A DNA stretch of 60,499 nucleotides, the filler included, from Basidiobolus ranarum (lineage: Eukaryota): the NCBI GenBank assembly GCA_040143965.1. It is 13 parts of 13 records of this genome, joined end to end, with 100 filler letters (N's around TTAATTAATTAA, not from the genome) between each part and the next. Parts side by side here need not be neighbours in the genome. Positions count along the whole stretch, not along the records: positions 9,348 to 13,919 come from JASJQH010008786.1; positions 14,020 to 18,590 come from JASJQH010008787.1; positions 18,691 to 23,256 come from JASJQH010008788.1; positions 23,357 to 27,920 come from JASJQH010008789.1; 9 more parts are not named here. One strand, 5' to 3'. Position 1 is the first letter of the stretch. Each line of letters starts with the position of its first letter. This document shows, in pieces, positions 11,977 through 28,020 of this stretch. The translations under genes were made by a program, and so were the position numbers. The notes below the pieces were generated by a model that ran no database searches, was not told the origin of the DNA, and saw only the letters and a program-made list of their open reading frames with translations.

Positions 11977-13383
11977 TTAATCGACCAAGATCTTTTGATC
12001 CAAATGTTGGTATTCTTGGAAGAAAGCATTGAACAATTGAATAGAATGTTGAACATCTTCAGTGCCACACATCTCTCGAATACTATGCATACTTAATTGT
12101 GGCGCACCCACATCAATGGTTCTCATGCCTAGTTTGGCACTCAGAATGGGGCCAATGGTAGATCCACATGCCATATCATTACGAACCACGAATTCCTGCA
12201 CTGGGATCCCATGTTTCTTAGCCAATGCTTTGATTTCCAAGGAGGTAGCAGCGGTAGTAGCATATCTTTGATTAGCATTGACTTTGATGACCAAACCTTT
12301 GTGCATAGCAGGTCGATGATTCTCCTCATGCTTTTCTGAATAGTTAGGATGTACAGCATGGGCCATATCTGCACTTACCAAGAAGCTCTTATGAATGGAT
12401 TCTTCGAAAGCAGTAGGATTCTTTCCAGCTTGAAGTCTGCGTAGAGTGGCTTCTAAAAGATGGGAATCAGCACCATATGCTGACTTTGAACCAATCTCTT
12501 CATTATCAAAGAGAGCTACCATACGAATACAAGTATCTTCGGCTAAAGTGGTGTCATTCTCTAGAGAACGAATGAGAGCGGTGATAGAACAATGGGACAT
12601 CATAAGATTATCAAGGCGTGGTGAGAAGATGAATTCATCTAATGCACCACCGATAACTGAAGGTTGAGTATCATAAAGACATAACTCAAGGTCTTTGATT
12701 CTTTCTCCAGTGATAGATAATTCATTAGCCAATAATTCCACCAAGACTGAATGATGTTTCTCTACTTCCTCTTTTCCAGTCACCTTTTCATTTAATACTT
12801 TAGCTGAGGTAGCTAGTACGGGAGTTAAGTGAGTTTCCTTATTGAAAGTGAAAGCTTCACCAGAAGTACGATCTACCAGATGAATGGCTAAGTTGGGTAT
12901 ACGAAGAATGGGTTTCTCTACTCTTACAAGTTTAGAAATGTGCTTTCCATCTTCACTTTCTACCATAACTCTACCGGCTACGCTCAAGTCTCTATCAAAC
13001 CAAGTATGCCATAAACCACCACCATAAGTTTGAACTCCTACTTGTAGATAACCGAATTTTTCTTTCTTAGAGACGGGTTTGATTTTTAAACAAGGACTAT
13101 CGGTATGGGCAGCTATGATGGATACTCCATTTCCTTGAATAAATTTCCCTCCTACTGCAAACGCTATAAGGGAAGACTTATTACGAGTGAAAAAATACTT
13201 CCCATTTGGTTCAACTTTATCTCCCCAAGAATCCCTTTCTTTAAGTTCAATAAACCCTACTTTTTCTAGTTTTTTTTTACTCTCTTCTACCGCGTGAAAA
13301 GGACTAGGACTTTGGTTAACAAAGTCTAAAAATTCAGTGGCGTGAGCGAGAGCAGCGGTGGCGGTGGCAGTGGTTTTACTCAT
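11977..13383 (-). CDS. APE4: Aspartyl aminopeptidase, peptidase M18 (DNPEP/Ape4)
   Basis: Intronless. Motifs FVNQSPSPFHAV, AHTDSP, YGGGLWHTWFDRDL, RLDNL, DNEEIGS, SADMAHAVHPNY, CGSTIGP and QLSMHSIRE. Start placed at MSKTT (13383); in-frame upstream ATGs exist at 13455 and 13533. Confidence 0.95.
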   Translation of the reverse strand: MSKTTATATAALAHATEFLDFVNQSPSPFHAVEESKKKLEKVGFIELKERDSWGDKVEPNGKYFFTRNKSSLIAFAVGGKFIQGNGVSIIAAHTDSPCLKIKPVSKKEKFGYLQVGVQTYGGGLWHTWFDRDLSVAGRVMVESEDGKHISKLVRVEKPILRIPNLAIHLVDRTSGEAFTFNKETHLTPVLATSAKVLNEKVTGKEEVEKHHSVLVELLANELSITGERIKDLELCLYDTQPSVIGGALDEFIFSPRLDNLMMSHCSITALIRSLENDTTLAEDTCIRMVALFDNEEIGSKSAYGADSHLLEATLRRLQAGKNPTAFEESIHKSFLVSADMAHAVHPNYSEKHEENHRPAMHKGLVIKVNANQRYATTAATSLEIKALAKKHGIPVQEFVVRNDMACGSTIGPILSAKLGMRTIDVGAPQLSMHSIREMCGTEDVQHSIQLFNAFFQEYQHLDQKILVD

Positions 13384-13806
13384 ATTGGAAGTCAATGGTG
13401 TTATGTGAGTGGTACTAATACTAGTATGAAAGAAACTCTTCAAATAATTCGACATACTAGTGGGTTTTTCGGTCCAGGGGATTAATAAGTATGGATCGTA
13501 TACTTCACTGAAACAAGGGATACATGGTATCATTTTACTTGGCTCAATAAAATTGGTTTCCTTTCTCTATGACTACTCTTCATTTTTCTTGTCCCCTTGA
13601 ATCTCGTGGTTCGATCATCATGTCTACGTAACGAGGGGTGATGACCACTATGGGAATTTATTTTGGTAAATCTGAGACTGAAATTATGGTGTGGTGTGTG
13701 TGGACTCAAAATTATGCATGATAATGAAAAGTGAGTCAATTTTTACTGATAAAAAAAGTTAACCTACTCTGTGTATGGGTGTGTGGAGTGGAGGGTGGAG
13801 TTGGTG

Positions 13807-13835
13807 GTGTGTGTGTGTGTGTGTGTGGGGGGGGG
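13807..13835 (+). repeat. (GT)n microsatellite followed by a G-run
   Basis: Directly visible, upstream of APE4. Confidence 0.9.
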
Positions 13836-14019
13836 TGTAATTGGGTAAAATATTTTGTTAAAAAGTGATATGATGCGAATTTTTAAAAATTAAAAAAAAG
13901 AGAAATAAATTTTGTGTTTNNNNNNNNNNNNNNNNNNNNNNNNNNNNNNNNNNNNNNNNNNNNTTAATTAATTAANNNNNNNNNNNNNNNNNNNNNNNNN
14001 NNNNNNNNNNNNNNNNNNN

Positions 14020-17195
<3,176 letters not shown>

Positions 17196-17199
17196 TTAT

Positions 17200-17920
17200 T
17201 CTCCTACAACTGTGTCCCAAAATCCTTTTTCAAGCAGAAGCATTTTCATTTTAATTTTCCAAACTTGATAAATGAAGGAAAAGTTCCATGAATTTGAGAA
17301 GTAGATATTACAGAGAGTGCAAGCTTTGGGCTCATAACCTGTTAGAGTATTTAGGAGCCTGTTTGAAGCTGTTAGCAGAATTAGAGAAGTTGGTGGTTTT
17401 TGTTAGAGTGTTTGGGAGATGGTTGGAAGTGGTTTGGAGAATTAGAGGAATTGATGGTTTTCACTTATTGATTTATTGACTAGAAAGATGACATTTATAA
17501 TTTTGTCAAGATGTAACCAAGCTAATGTGTACACTGTATTAAAGAAGGTCCCAGAAATATATGTGTAAAGTTTGGGACTTCTAGCACAAATTTGAAAAAT
17601 CTATATATCTGAGAACTTCTAAGTTGCTATCAATATTCTAAGTAAATTCCAATTGAGAATCATTGATAATATCTTAGTGAATGGTAAGATAAATAAGTAC
17701 TAGGTTTTATATGACTATATTGGTGTTTAGGCAATGCTAATTTCAACACTCTCCCTCAAACAAATAGTCATATAAACTAATGCTAATAAATGTCTAAATT
17801 TCTCAAATTTCTGTCTAGCTAATGGTTTGGTTAATATATTGGCAATCATGTCTTCTGTAGAACAATAAGTGAAGTCAATAAACTTATTCTCTATAGTCTC
17901 TCTAATGAAGTGATGCTTAA
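17200..17920 (-). mobile_element. Nested family-A pieces: RNase H end, PPT and full LTR (17401-17748) joined to a partial LTR (17340-17400), primer-binding site and gag start
   Basis: EDMIANILTKPLARQKFEKFR, PPT at 17749-17757, and primer-binding site (PBS) GGTTATGAGCCC at 17339-17328. Confidence 0.85.
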
Positions 17921-18015
17921 TACTGCTATATTTTGATTGGATCCATAATTTTGAAGATATTGGTATGTACCTCCCACAGAATATGCAAAATCTGGCCATG
18001 TTCCAACCATGATAT

Positions 18016-18590
18016 TCTTGAAGTTTATTGTCTTTATCATATTTTTTATCTCTATCTTTATTCACCTAACTATTTCATATATCACATATCAGTTAGTTAA
18101 CATTGCTTAGTCAAATATTACTTAGCTCAAAATTGGAACATATATATTATATATATGTGAATAATGTGAGAATTAGCAATTCCATATTGGAAATTTTAAA
18201 CTCATCTACATTGCCCCAAAAATAGCTCATTTTACTCCCACAGATGTTCTCAACACAACCCCAGTGTTAGTTTTCTGTATTTCCACTAAAAAGTATAAAT
18301 GCTTTATTTCTGGACAATAAACAATTATCTCACAAAGCTATTCACAACTCCACTTTTCTCAAGTTCCTCCAAACAGCCCATATTTTCCCAATAGATTATG
18401 AGCCCCATGTTCTAACCTTTACAGCATGACAGAAACCACTACTACCACTTTTATTAACTCAAGTGTTGAAAAGCTTGATGGAGAAAATTACAATTTCTGG
18501 AAGTTCAAGATGGAAATCATGCTGGAAGACAGGGAGCTTTGGGATGTAGTCTCTGGAGATGAAAAGGAACCTTCTGACCCTTCTTTATTG
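18016..18590 (+). mobile_element. 5' end of Copia family C: LTR (18016-18393), degenerate PBS and gag start at 18426
   Basis: The LTR is homologous to 55955-56131 (minus). GATTATGAGCCCC at 18394. Gag N-terminus EKLDGENYNFWKFKMEIMLEDRELWDVV. Confidence 0.85.
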
Positions 18591-18789
18591 NNNNNNNNNN
18601 NNNNNNNNNNNNNNNNNNNNNNNNNNNNNNNNNNTTAATTAATTAANNNNNNNNNNNNNNNNNNNNNNNNNNNNNNNNNNNNNNNNNNNNCTTGCGACTT
18701 TGTATTTCCGCTTTTATCGTAGGACACAAGTATATGCATAACAACCGGAGATGCCTATAATAGTTAAAGGTTAACCTAGAACCACAGCT

Positions 18790-20605
18790 TCGAAATATCT
18801 GCATAGTCAACATCAGACTGAATGTTATGTTGAATCTTCTTCTTATGAAGCTACTTCATGGATATTTGCACTTTGTTTTTCCTTCATACTTTTGAAAATA
18901 CGCCTCAAGCACTTTGACTATTTCTACATCTCTGCAGTATGACATTACTGAGGGTGCTTTGCAATGTTACCGCAGCTTTTTGCTTGCCTTTAAGCTTAGG
19001 GCTAATTGTGATACTTTGAAACACATCAGTTGAGGTGTGAGAGCCACAAGTTTCATTTGCTGCTCTGTTAGCTTGTTGAGAGGTGCCAGTGTTGTATAAA
19101 CTTCCTAATTTAGCACTATTCCAACTTGTGCTCTTTGTTCCATGGTGAAATTAAGCTCTTTTGCCAGTATATCTGACTCTGGAAAGATGGATCTTCATAA
19201 TGATGTGAAAACTATGGTAAGTGGGACAGTAGAGCCTAAAGTCACTTGCTTCATTACTTTTCCCTTGGGTTTACTAACTTCCTGCTGCCTGAGTACTTCT
19301 TTGGCTGCTTTTTTTCTTTTGCAAGTCCATGATTGCACAGATTTGAAGATGCTTCATGAATAGGCCTATACTAGCCCAATTGCCAGTTGCTTGCAAAGAC
19401 CTAGGACAAGCATCATGAAATAAATCAAGCACCTTGGAACAACACCTGGTTTTTTGTTTTTCCACCATTACCAAAAATAAAGGTGATTTTAGGCAAGATT
19501 TACACAGTTTCCTATATTTTAAGCCATTTAACATCCAAGCCAGTGATAGCAGCTCTGACATTTACAGTCTTTTGTTTTACTAGTTTTTATATGAAATTTC
19601 TACCTGCATGTGCCTTAGCAACTTTAGGTGGTTTTGTATGCTTAATGGCACAGCACATATTTTGCTCAGCCAGATTGTCATGGTGGTGCACACATAAGTG
19701 GTTTGGGAGTGCTTGAAATCCCATATGAGAATGGATGGAGAGAGTAGCATGTTGCCATAGCTGAAGTATGGCATTCTGAAGGTCGGGTATCATTGTTGAG
19801 TGACTCCCAAACTGTTGACTGGTTGCTTCAGAACACTGCATTAACTATGATATTGTGGCATTTTTGCTTGTCATTGCCTGTAAAGCAACTTTGTATGTTT
19901 TACTCATGTTAGCATACATATCAGTATGGTGCTCTCCCCAAGATTCCAATATTGTAATTCTGCTATCCAAGTTGTCAAAAGGGGGCTATTCTATATTTGG
20001 CAAAGTAGGCATTTTGTAAGTTGATGGGCTGGATAGTGCCTCTGTTGAACTTTGTTCAACTATGGACTTGCTTTGCAATTGAGGGATTATAATCTCTGCA
20101 CTTGCACTATTGCTGGAAAGAAATACTTCTGGTAAATTGATTTATGATTCATCATTACTTGGGTTAGTGTTCAGAATATCAATGCCTTCTCAAGATGTTA
20201 GTGCATTGCTAGACTACTCATCAATTAAGTACTCTGTTCTTGCTGATTTTTCCTTTTGTGCCAGCAGATGTTTGGTTGGAACCAGTTTTGATTTAGATTT
20301 TGATTGCTTTTTGAACGGCTTTGAAATATTCACATGGCAAACTTTATATAATGTCAATGCTTAGAAACAGCTTAAAATAAACTCAAATTGCCATCTAGAT
20401 CCAAAATATCTTTTAACTCCCCTGATTACTGATCTGCAACACTGTTTCAGAATCAGCTGAAAATAATGATAGGATATACCCATACTACCACCTTTATGTA
20501 GTGGTTGTTCTTTTTCCCACAATATCCTGGCTATATTGCAACACAAAAGCTCAAAGAAACCTTGCTATTTTTGTCACAAATTCTGGTGCTAGCAAAGCTG
20601 GACCT
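18790..20605 (-). mobile_element. Decayed CACTA-associated segment (accessory ORF region)
   Basis: Collinear with about 38790-40230, which lies between CACTA transposase relics. Shared stretches include TTCCCTTGGGTTTACTAACTTCCTGC and GAAATCCCATATGAGAATGGATGGAG. Confidence 0.6.
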
Positions 20606-23256
20606 TCAAGTTATGGCTCCATTACCATTGAGAAGAGTGTACCCAGTTAATGATCTTCTATCACCAAGGTATGTTACCCAGTCTGCATCACTGTAGCTTT
20701 CAAAATTTTGTGCAACAGGATGGCCAGAATAATCAGGAACCAGACCTACAGTTCCTCTCAAATATCTCAGTATTTGTTTTACTGCCATTGTGTGCTGGTA
20801 TCCTGAACTTTGGAGATTTTGGCTGACAGTTCCCAATGCAACAGCAATGTCTGGGTGTGTTCCAACCACTGTTTTCATTAAAATACCCACCATGGATTGA
20901 TAAGGGAACTCCTGGCTTTGATGTGAGTCATTTTGGGCCAAATTGGACAAACTTTTGTTTCATTTCACATTGGGATCCATTGGTATCAATACAGGTTTGC
21001 TATTCTCCATTTGGAAGCATTTTAGGATGTCTAGAATGTATCTAGGCTAATTCACCATAATATTCTGCTTTAGTTTATTTCTCGTGATTTGGAAACCAAG
21101 AACATAAGTTAATTCATCTATTTTGGTCATCTGAAATTGATTTAATAAGCTGCTTTTTTCCTGATTAAGTGCTTCTGTATCATTTGTGGCTGTGATCAAG
21201 TCATCCACATATAGTGCCAAGGTTATTGACTGTGTAGAGTACCAGGTTTGATCCAATGGAGCTAAACATAGCTACTGATGCAAAGGAATGATTTGCATTA
21301 GCTGCTGGAGCTTATGAATTACCTTTAGCAACTAATCTTCCTTTGAACCATTTTATCGTTCCTGCAGCTCAGTTTTTGACTTTATTGGCCCATTTGCAAC
21401 CTATTGGCTCTCTTCCAGAAGGTAGACGACTTAACATATACATGTTATTATCCTAAAGTGGAAAAAACAGATCCAAGATTATGTTTTCCATCATTTTGAT
21501 TCTGGACACTCTGAAGCTTGGTCAGTGGCTCCTCACTGAGTGCCAGTTCTTTCTTAACCATTGCTTTGCAGGGCCTGAATGTAGACAAGGCTTCAGATTT
21601 GGATCTTAGAAAGAATACCCAAGTATATGTTGTTTTGTCCTCAATAAAGGTCATTAAGTACCTTTTGCCACTTAATGAGGCATTTTTCTTGGGCCCACAT
21701 AGGTCAGAGTGGATGAAAGCAAAATTGTCTGGGAATTCCATCTCTCCAGAGCTTTGGAATGGCTGTCTGTGATGTTTTTGATATATGCAACCTTCATGCA
21801 GATCCTGTTTGGTGATAATTTCAATTATTAAGCCTGAAAAGTGCAGATTTCAGATCATTTGAGTCAGTAATTGTTCCTCAAAGTGGACAAATCTTCTATA
21901 ACATGTTTGACAGCTTATTTCACTTGTTTTGGCCAAGTTTGCATGCTCAGCATGCAACTTGTTAATCTTAGGCTTGTATAAGCTTTGAGTTTTGATCCCA
22001 GTAGCTAACTTGATGTTATTCTGATCTTTGATAGCACATCTAGCATAACTGGGCACAAAATTTAGTCATTGAGTTGGTGCTTGGCTTACTGAGAGTAGAT
22101 TCTTGGCTACACTTAGTACATAGATTATATCAGCCAATTTTGCAGATGGGGTAGCTAAATCTGGGACTAAATTTATCACAACTGTGCCCTTACCAACTGC
22201 ATCTAGTGCATAGTCACTATCTATGTAGACTTTCCTTATTGGATGTGTCTTATGATGGAAAACCAATCTTTCTTCTAAGACGTGTTTTGGAAAGTTCTTG
22301 AATCAATGTAAAACATTTATGCATCTTCTTTGAAGGTTACTGAAAGGGCAGCCACAAGTAAATAATCTCTTTCAGTGCTTACTTGCTTTTCTTGTTCCAA
22401 TTTTAGCTTTTTGGCACAAATCTTTCTTTTGCATTCTTTGATTAAATGACCTGGTTTCTTGTAATACTTGCAGATTATTCATTTCCTATGAGATACACTA
22501 TTATTGAGGCCTGTTTAACATTTCATAGCTCTAGAAAATTCTTGAACTGCATTATTTTGCTCAAAATTAAATCTTATTAACTCCTCATTCAAAAGTTGGG
22601 CACCAACATATTGCATTGTTAATGGCTCTGATCTGGATTTAAGGGCAACTATGAGGCTTGCAAACATGTCTTGCAGGCTCCCTGATAGTGTGATTACTAA
22701 TTAATCTTAATTTATAGGTGCTTAGCCATAGAATCATCAGAATTCATTGGAATTGGGAATAATATTCATCTAAGATATAGCTTATTAGCCACAAACTCAG
22801 TATTATATAGCCCCTCAAGTGTTTCCCAAGCAGTTTAGACATTTATGGCTGAGTGTATATGCCTCAATTGAGAGTCTCTGTGATGTAGACAAAATGTAGA
22901 GAGTGCTTTCCTCTGCTTCTTGTGATATGCAAGGAAAGCATCTGGTGGTCCCTTTAGCTCTATTTCTTCATCTGTAGCAAATCCCCAGAGGTCCTTGGCT
23001 TCTAGCACCATTGGTATCTTGAGCTTCTAAAGAAAATGTTCTTCACCATCAAATTACTCTGTGGATGCAAAAACATTGGTAATAGTACTGGTGGACATAA
23101 CTTTAACAGCTAGCTTGGGGTTCATAGTGTGACAATAGTGCTTAGTGATAAAAGTGTTTAGGGGATTTGGAAGTGTTTTGGACAAGATTTGGATTTGTGA
23201 ATTAGACACTTAAGTTTTATTGAATTGAATATGTCCTATTTATAGTTTACTATGAA
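20606..23256 (-). mobile_element. Decayed Ty1/Copia element, family B (partial 5' LTR, gag, PR, integrase, RT pieces)
   Basis: IHSDLCGP, LALYVDDLI and YSDADW motifs. The LTR end matches 47650-47760. Internal deletions. Confidence 0.92.
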
Positions 23257-23697
23257 NNNNNNNNNNNNNNNNNNNNNNNNNNNNNNNNNNNNNNNNNNNN
23301 TTAATTAATTAANNNNNNNNNNNNNNNNNNNNNNNNNNNNNNNNNNNNNNNNNNNNAAATACTTTATTAAGACACTAACAATCACATCATTCATCAGCCC
23401 ACGTGACTCATAGTGGATCATCGCCAAGCTTAAACTATGGGCAATATCGATATGATCTAATCATTAAAGCTTGGTTCGATTTTGTTAAAAGGAAGGTTTT
23501 TATGCTAACGCTCACTATTCAAAGATTTTTCGAAGACTGGTGTTTTCCCATTTTTCTACAGGAATTGACCTCTCCTCTGCAAGTTAGTCAAAAACCTTAA
23601 ATTTTGAAACTGAGTATTCCTTTGGTTAACCTTGTTTGTTGTATTTCAAAGCCTCCATAAATTCTAATATTATTACCGCTCAAGTATAAAGCCAGAA

Positions 23698-25929
23698 ATG
23701 ACAACCGTTTTAATCGATAACTACGATAGTTTTACCTGGAACGTTTACCAATATTTATGCGCAGCTGGTGCTGACGTTGTTGTGTTTCGTAACGATAAAA
23801 CCACCGTCGAACATGTAGCCTCTTTAAATCCAAAAAATCTAGTTATTTCCCCTGGCCCTGGTCATCCTTCAGAAGACGTTGGAATTTCGAAAGATGTCAT
23901 CCGTCATTTCGCCGGAAAGATACCTATTCTTGGTGTTTGTCTTGGTCAACAATGTATGTTCGAGATATATGGCGGAAAAGTCGTATTTGCTGGGGAAATT
24001 GTACACGGCAAAACTTCTGAAGTAACCCATGACGGAAAAGGTCTGTACCATGGAGTTCCACAGGGAATTGCTGTTACTCGTTATCACTCTCTTGCCGGGG
24101 ATTCTGTGGTTATACCGGATGACTTGGTTGTAACCAGTCGCACAGAGTCTGGAGTTATCATGGGTGTTAGACATAAAGAATATTGTGTTGAAGGCGTCCA
24201 ATATCATCCTGAGAGTATTTTGAGTGAACATGGAGCAACTTTGATCAAGAATTTCTTGAATTGTCGAGGTGGTACCTGGAAAGAGAATCCAGAGCTAGAG
24301 TTCATTTCAGGTAGCACTGAATCAGTCCCTAAGGCAAACGGTATTAATGGGGGGAAATCTCAAACTATCCTCGAAAAAATTCATCAACAGCGTATTTTGG
24401 ATGTCGCTGAAGCTAAAGCTACTCCTGGTCGCTCAGAGGCTCAACTCCAAAGAATTTACGATTTGGGTATTGCTCCACCCCAAATTGACCTTGTTGCCCG
24501 ACTCCGTCAAAGCTCAGGAAAACCCGCTGTGATGGCTGAGATTAAACGTGCCTCACCAAGTAAAGGGGATATTAATGTTGATGCCATCGCAGCTGAACAA
24601 GCATTGATATACGCAGAAGGCGGTGCTTCAGTTATTTCCGTACTCACTGAGCCCAAGTGGTTCAAAGGTTCCCTACAGGACTTGCGTCAAGCTAGAGAAA
24701 GCATTTCAAAACTACCAAATCGCCCAGCCATCCTTAGAAAAGACTTCATCATTGATCAGTATCAAATTTTGGAAGCTCGCTTAGAAGGTGCTGATACCAT
24801 CTTACTCATTGTTGCTATGTTAGAAGATGATCAAATCCAGAGTCTTATGAAATACTCCAGATCTTTGGGTATGGAACCGCTTGTTGAGGTCAACAACACT
24901 GATGAAATGAAAAAAGCACTTGCTTTTGGTGCTAAAGTGATAGGAGTAAATAATCGAAACCTCCATACATTTGATGTTGATATGGAGAACACTAGCAACC
25001 TAGCAAAATTAGTCACACGTGATGTCATTCTTGCCGCACTCAGTGGAATTACCGGACCAGAGGATGTAGCGAAGTATACTGAACATGGTGTCGGCGCTGT
25101 TCTGGTTGGAGAAGCTTTGATGAAGTCTCAGGATAAGAAGAAGTTCATTCGCAACTTGATCCAATCGGAAAATACCAAATTTACTCAACCATCAGCTCCC
25201 TTAGTCAAAATCTGTGGTGTTCGTACGGTAGATGCGGCCGTAGCAGCTGCTACAGCTGGAGCAGACTTTATTGGGTTGATTTTCGCGCAATCTCCCCGTC
25301 AGGTCTCTCTGCAGGATGCTTCGGAAATTGTAGCAGCAGTTCGTGAAGTTTCCTTCCAAACGCCAAACTCTGATATAGCTGAACAGTCGGGGGAAATCAA
25401 AGAATGGTTCCGCTTTCACGCAGATAATGTAGTCAACGGACCAAAGCCATTGATAGTGGGAGTATTCCAGAATCAAAGTGTAGAGTACATCACATCAGTC
25501 GTTCAACAGGTAAAGCTTGACTTGGTGCAATTGCATGGAGAAGAGTCGGTGGAGATCGCCAAATTCTTGCCTGTACGTGCTATTAAGGCATTCCACATTG
25601 ACGACTCAACCAACAATTTTAACGAATTACGCAAGCCTGGCTATAATGCATTCACTTTACTTGACGCCAAAGTAGGAGCAAAGCAGCAAGGTGGAAATGG
25701 AGTGGCATTTGATTGGAAAATCGCCGAGAGATTCTTGAATGACTCTGAAACTTTCGAAGGCATCCCATTCCCGATTCTCTTGGCTGGTGGATTGACTCCA
25801 GAGAATGTGCAGCAGGCTGTGAACCAGGTTCATCCCTGGGCAGTAGATGTATCAAGTGGAGTGGAAACAAATGGAGTCAAGGATCTGCAAAAGATTCGGG
25901 AATTCATAAAGTATGCCAAAAGCGAGTAG
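23698..25929 (+). CDS. TRP1: Trifunctional tryptophan biosynthesis protein (anthranilate synthase component II, IGPS, PRAI)
   Basis: Intronless 743 aa. Glutamine amidotransferase: [82 protein letters not shown]. This is the fungal G-C-F order (Aspergillus trpC equivalent). Confidence 0.98.
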   Translation: MTTVLIDNYDSFTWNVYQYLCAAGADVVVFRNDKTTVEHVASLNPKNLVISPGPGHPSEDVGISKDVIRHFAGKIPILGVCLGQQCMFEIYGGKVVFAGEIVHGKTSEVTHDGKGLYHGVPQGIAVTRYHSLAGDSVVIPDDLVVTSRTESGVIMGVRHKEYCVEGVQYHPESILSEHGATLIKNFLNCRGGTWKENPELEFISGSTESVPKANGINGGKSQTILEKIHQQRILDVAEAKATPGRSEAQLQRIYDLGIAPPQIDLVARLRQSSGKPAVMAEIKRASPSKGDINVDAIAAEQALIYAEGGASVISVLTEPKWFKGSLQDLRQARESISKLPNRPAILRKDFIIDQYQILEARLEGADTILLIVAMLEDDQIQSLMKYSRSLGMEPLVEVNNTDEMKKALAFGAKVIGVNNRNLHTFDVDMENTSNLAKLVTRDVILAALSGITGPEDVAKYTEHGVGAVLVGEALMKSQDKKKFIRNLIQSENTKFTQPSAPLVKICGVRTVDAAVAAATAGADFIGLIFAQSPRQVSLQDASEIVAAVREVSFQTPNSDIAEQSGEIKEWFRFHADNVVNGPKPLIVGVFQNQSVEYITSVVQQVKLDLVQLHGEESVEIAKFLPVRAIKAFHIDDSTNNFNELRKPGYNAFTLLDAKVGAKQQGGNGVAFDWKIAERFLNDSETFEGIPFPILLAGGLTPENVQQAVNQVHPWAVDVSSGVETNGVKDLQKIREFIKYAKSE

Positions 25930-26899
25930 TTTAGTAAGCATTGTTATCAACTTGGCTTATACTTACAGCCTATTGATCGGTACACATGGAATTTCTAGTT
26001 AACTTCTTGATAAGGAACTCCCAACATAATAAAGATATCGGCTTTCACCATTTGCATTGAAAACATTCGATGGATTCTGCTGATCTTTGTCTATTAAGCG
26101 CCAAGATCATCATATCTATATATATCTGAGGGTGCAACGCATGTGATGATCCATGGTTACATATGTTTACTGGCATAGTATACAAACCCGGTCAACCGGA
26201 ACTCCCTTAAATAGAATTAAGCGAGAATGGTAATGATAGACAAAGGAATTTAGAATTCAACAAAGTCCATCGACGTCCACGTTCGCTTAGATCGGAAAAT
26301 CTCGCCAACAATATAAGCTTATCATACGCATTCGATTGGAAGCGAGAGATCATATTTTGTTAGTATACCACTCCAACATATGATTAACAATATTCGATCA
26401 TGAATTTTGTAGCTTAATGGGGGGGCCAATCTTGATTGACTCGGACTTTTAGTATATGTGATAGATTATGGAAGATTTCAATATCCATGATAAAGCTCTC
26501 TCTTACCATTCTGACTCGTGTACCAAATTGTTGGACTTTCAATAATTGTATGGCACTGAGGACATGTTCGTCAATGAATGTATGCCAAACATGGTTTGAA
26601 TAAGATATCTAGAATATCCGCCGAATATACACACTCATAACTGATTCATTCTTTGCATTCATTTTTCAATTCACCGTATCTTTGTATTAACCTCATGATT
26701 CAACTTGATATTTGTCACATAGCCTAATCAAAGACCAAATAGCAATCTTTGATATTATTAAGGTGATTCCACTACTCTTAGTGATGTTTCATATTTCTGT
26801 ACTTTTTATAGTTAGTGAATCAGTTTGGAGCTCAACAGGTTTTTTATGCTAAAATCATACATTATTGATTACACATCTAAATGCTGCGTTATATAAGAT

Positions 26900-27165
26900 C
26901 CAAACTTTGGACATTATGCTTTGGGCCATTGTCATTGCATGTTTCATATAAATCATGTTTGCTAGTACTAATCAAATCTTTTGGAATCCATGGATAATGC
27001 ATGTGAGTCTACCAAACTTTCGGAAATTGTTTTTCTCACCGAAATAATAGATCTTTGGATATATTTTGAACACATTCTGAGATTTAAATTTGGACATTAT
27101 GGCTTTGGCCATTATCCTTGCACTTTTCTTATGTATATTACTTGCTAGAACTAATCAAATCTCTA
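26900..27165 (+). repeat. Diverged direct repeat, about 80-bp core with about 185-bp period
   Basis: TTTGGACATTATG...GGCCATT...TTGCA...TTGCTAG-ACTAATCAAATCT occurs at about 26905-26980 and about 27088-27163. Confidence 0.7.
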
Positions 27166-27678
27166 AAGATCAATCAAATACAAATAAGAGTCTGTTAAAT
27201 TTTTCAAATTTCAATACAGTGAAATTTTTATACTGACCACTATTACACACTTATCATATAGAAAGAAGATGATGGTTGACAGATTCTGTCCATTGAAGGT
27301 GACTCCTGGAGAAGTTTCTTCCAAGTTATTATTAGTTACTAGATTTGAATGAAAAAAAGTGGCATGCTCAGAGTTGACAATTGTTGGTGACTAGTTCAGC
27401 TTCTTTTATAACAACAAATAAATACATTACAGTAAAGTCTATAAAAGGGAAAATTTTGGGTAGCTTGGCAGGTTTGTTAAAGTCTTCTGGGAGCTGTTGG
27501 ATGTGATTTGAATTCTTAATAGTCTCTTTTTACTAATGAGCACAAGAACATTACAAGATAGTTTATGGTTTAATATTGAGTGATATGTAACAGTGGTTAT
27601 ATTCTATCTTTCCATGTTGTGTCACAAGTCAAGAAACCTCACTGATCCTTCAAACTCCAAAAAGCTATAGCAAGTACC

Positions 27679-27920
27679 TGTTAAAGTCTTTGGGAGCCTG
27701 TTGGAAGTGGTTTGGAGAATTAGAGGAATTGGTGGTTTTCACTTATTGATTTATTGAGTATCCAGTTGACGTTTATAGTTTTGTCAGGGTGTCAACAAAC
27801 TAACGTGTAGAATGTGCTACGAAAGGTCCCAGACACATGTGTGCAAAGTTTGGGGCTCCTAGCATAAGTTTAAAAAATTAATATATCTGAGAACTTCTAA
27901 GTAAATTCCTCATGAGAATA
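27679..27920 (-). mobile_element. Copia family A LTR, cut by contig end
   Basis: TGTTAAAGTCTTTGGGAGCCTGTTGGAAGTGGTTTGGAGAATTAGAGG is the reverse complement of the LTR-A 3' end. Confidence 0.88.
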
Positions 27921-28020
27921 NNNNNNNNNNNNNNNNNNNNNNNNNNNNNNNNNNNNNNNNNNNNTTAATTAATTAANNNNNNNNNNNNNNNNNNNNNNNN
28001 NNNNNNNNNNNNNNNNNNNN

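Noticed and set aside
13384-13533. Full 518-aa ORF start for the aminopeptidase
   Set aside because: M18 homology begins just after MSKTT, and the first 26 codons look like 5' flanking sequence.
23869-25870. Short antisense or alternate-frame ORFs within TRP1 (likewise within APE4, GUT1, ALDH and the Copia relics)
   Set aside because: They are shadow ORFs of real coding sequence, or fragments of decayed polyproteins already annotated.
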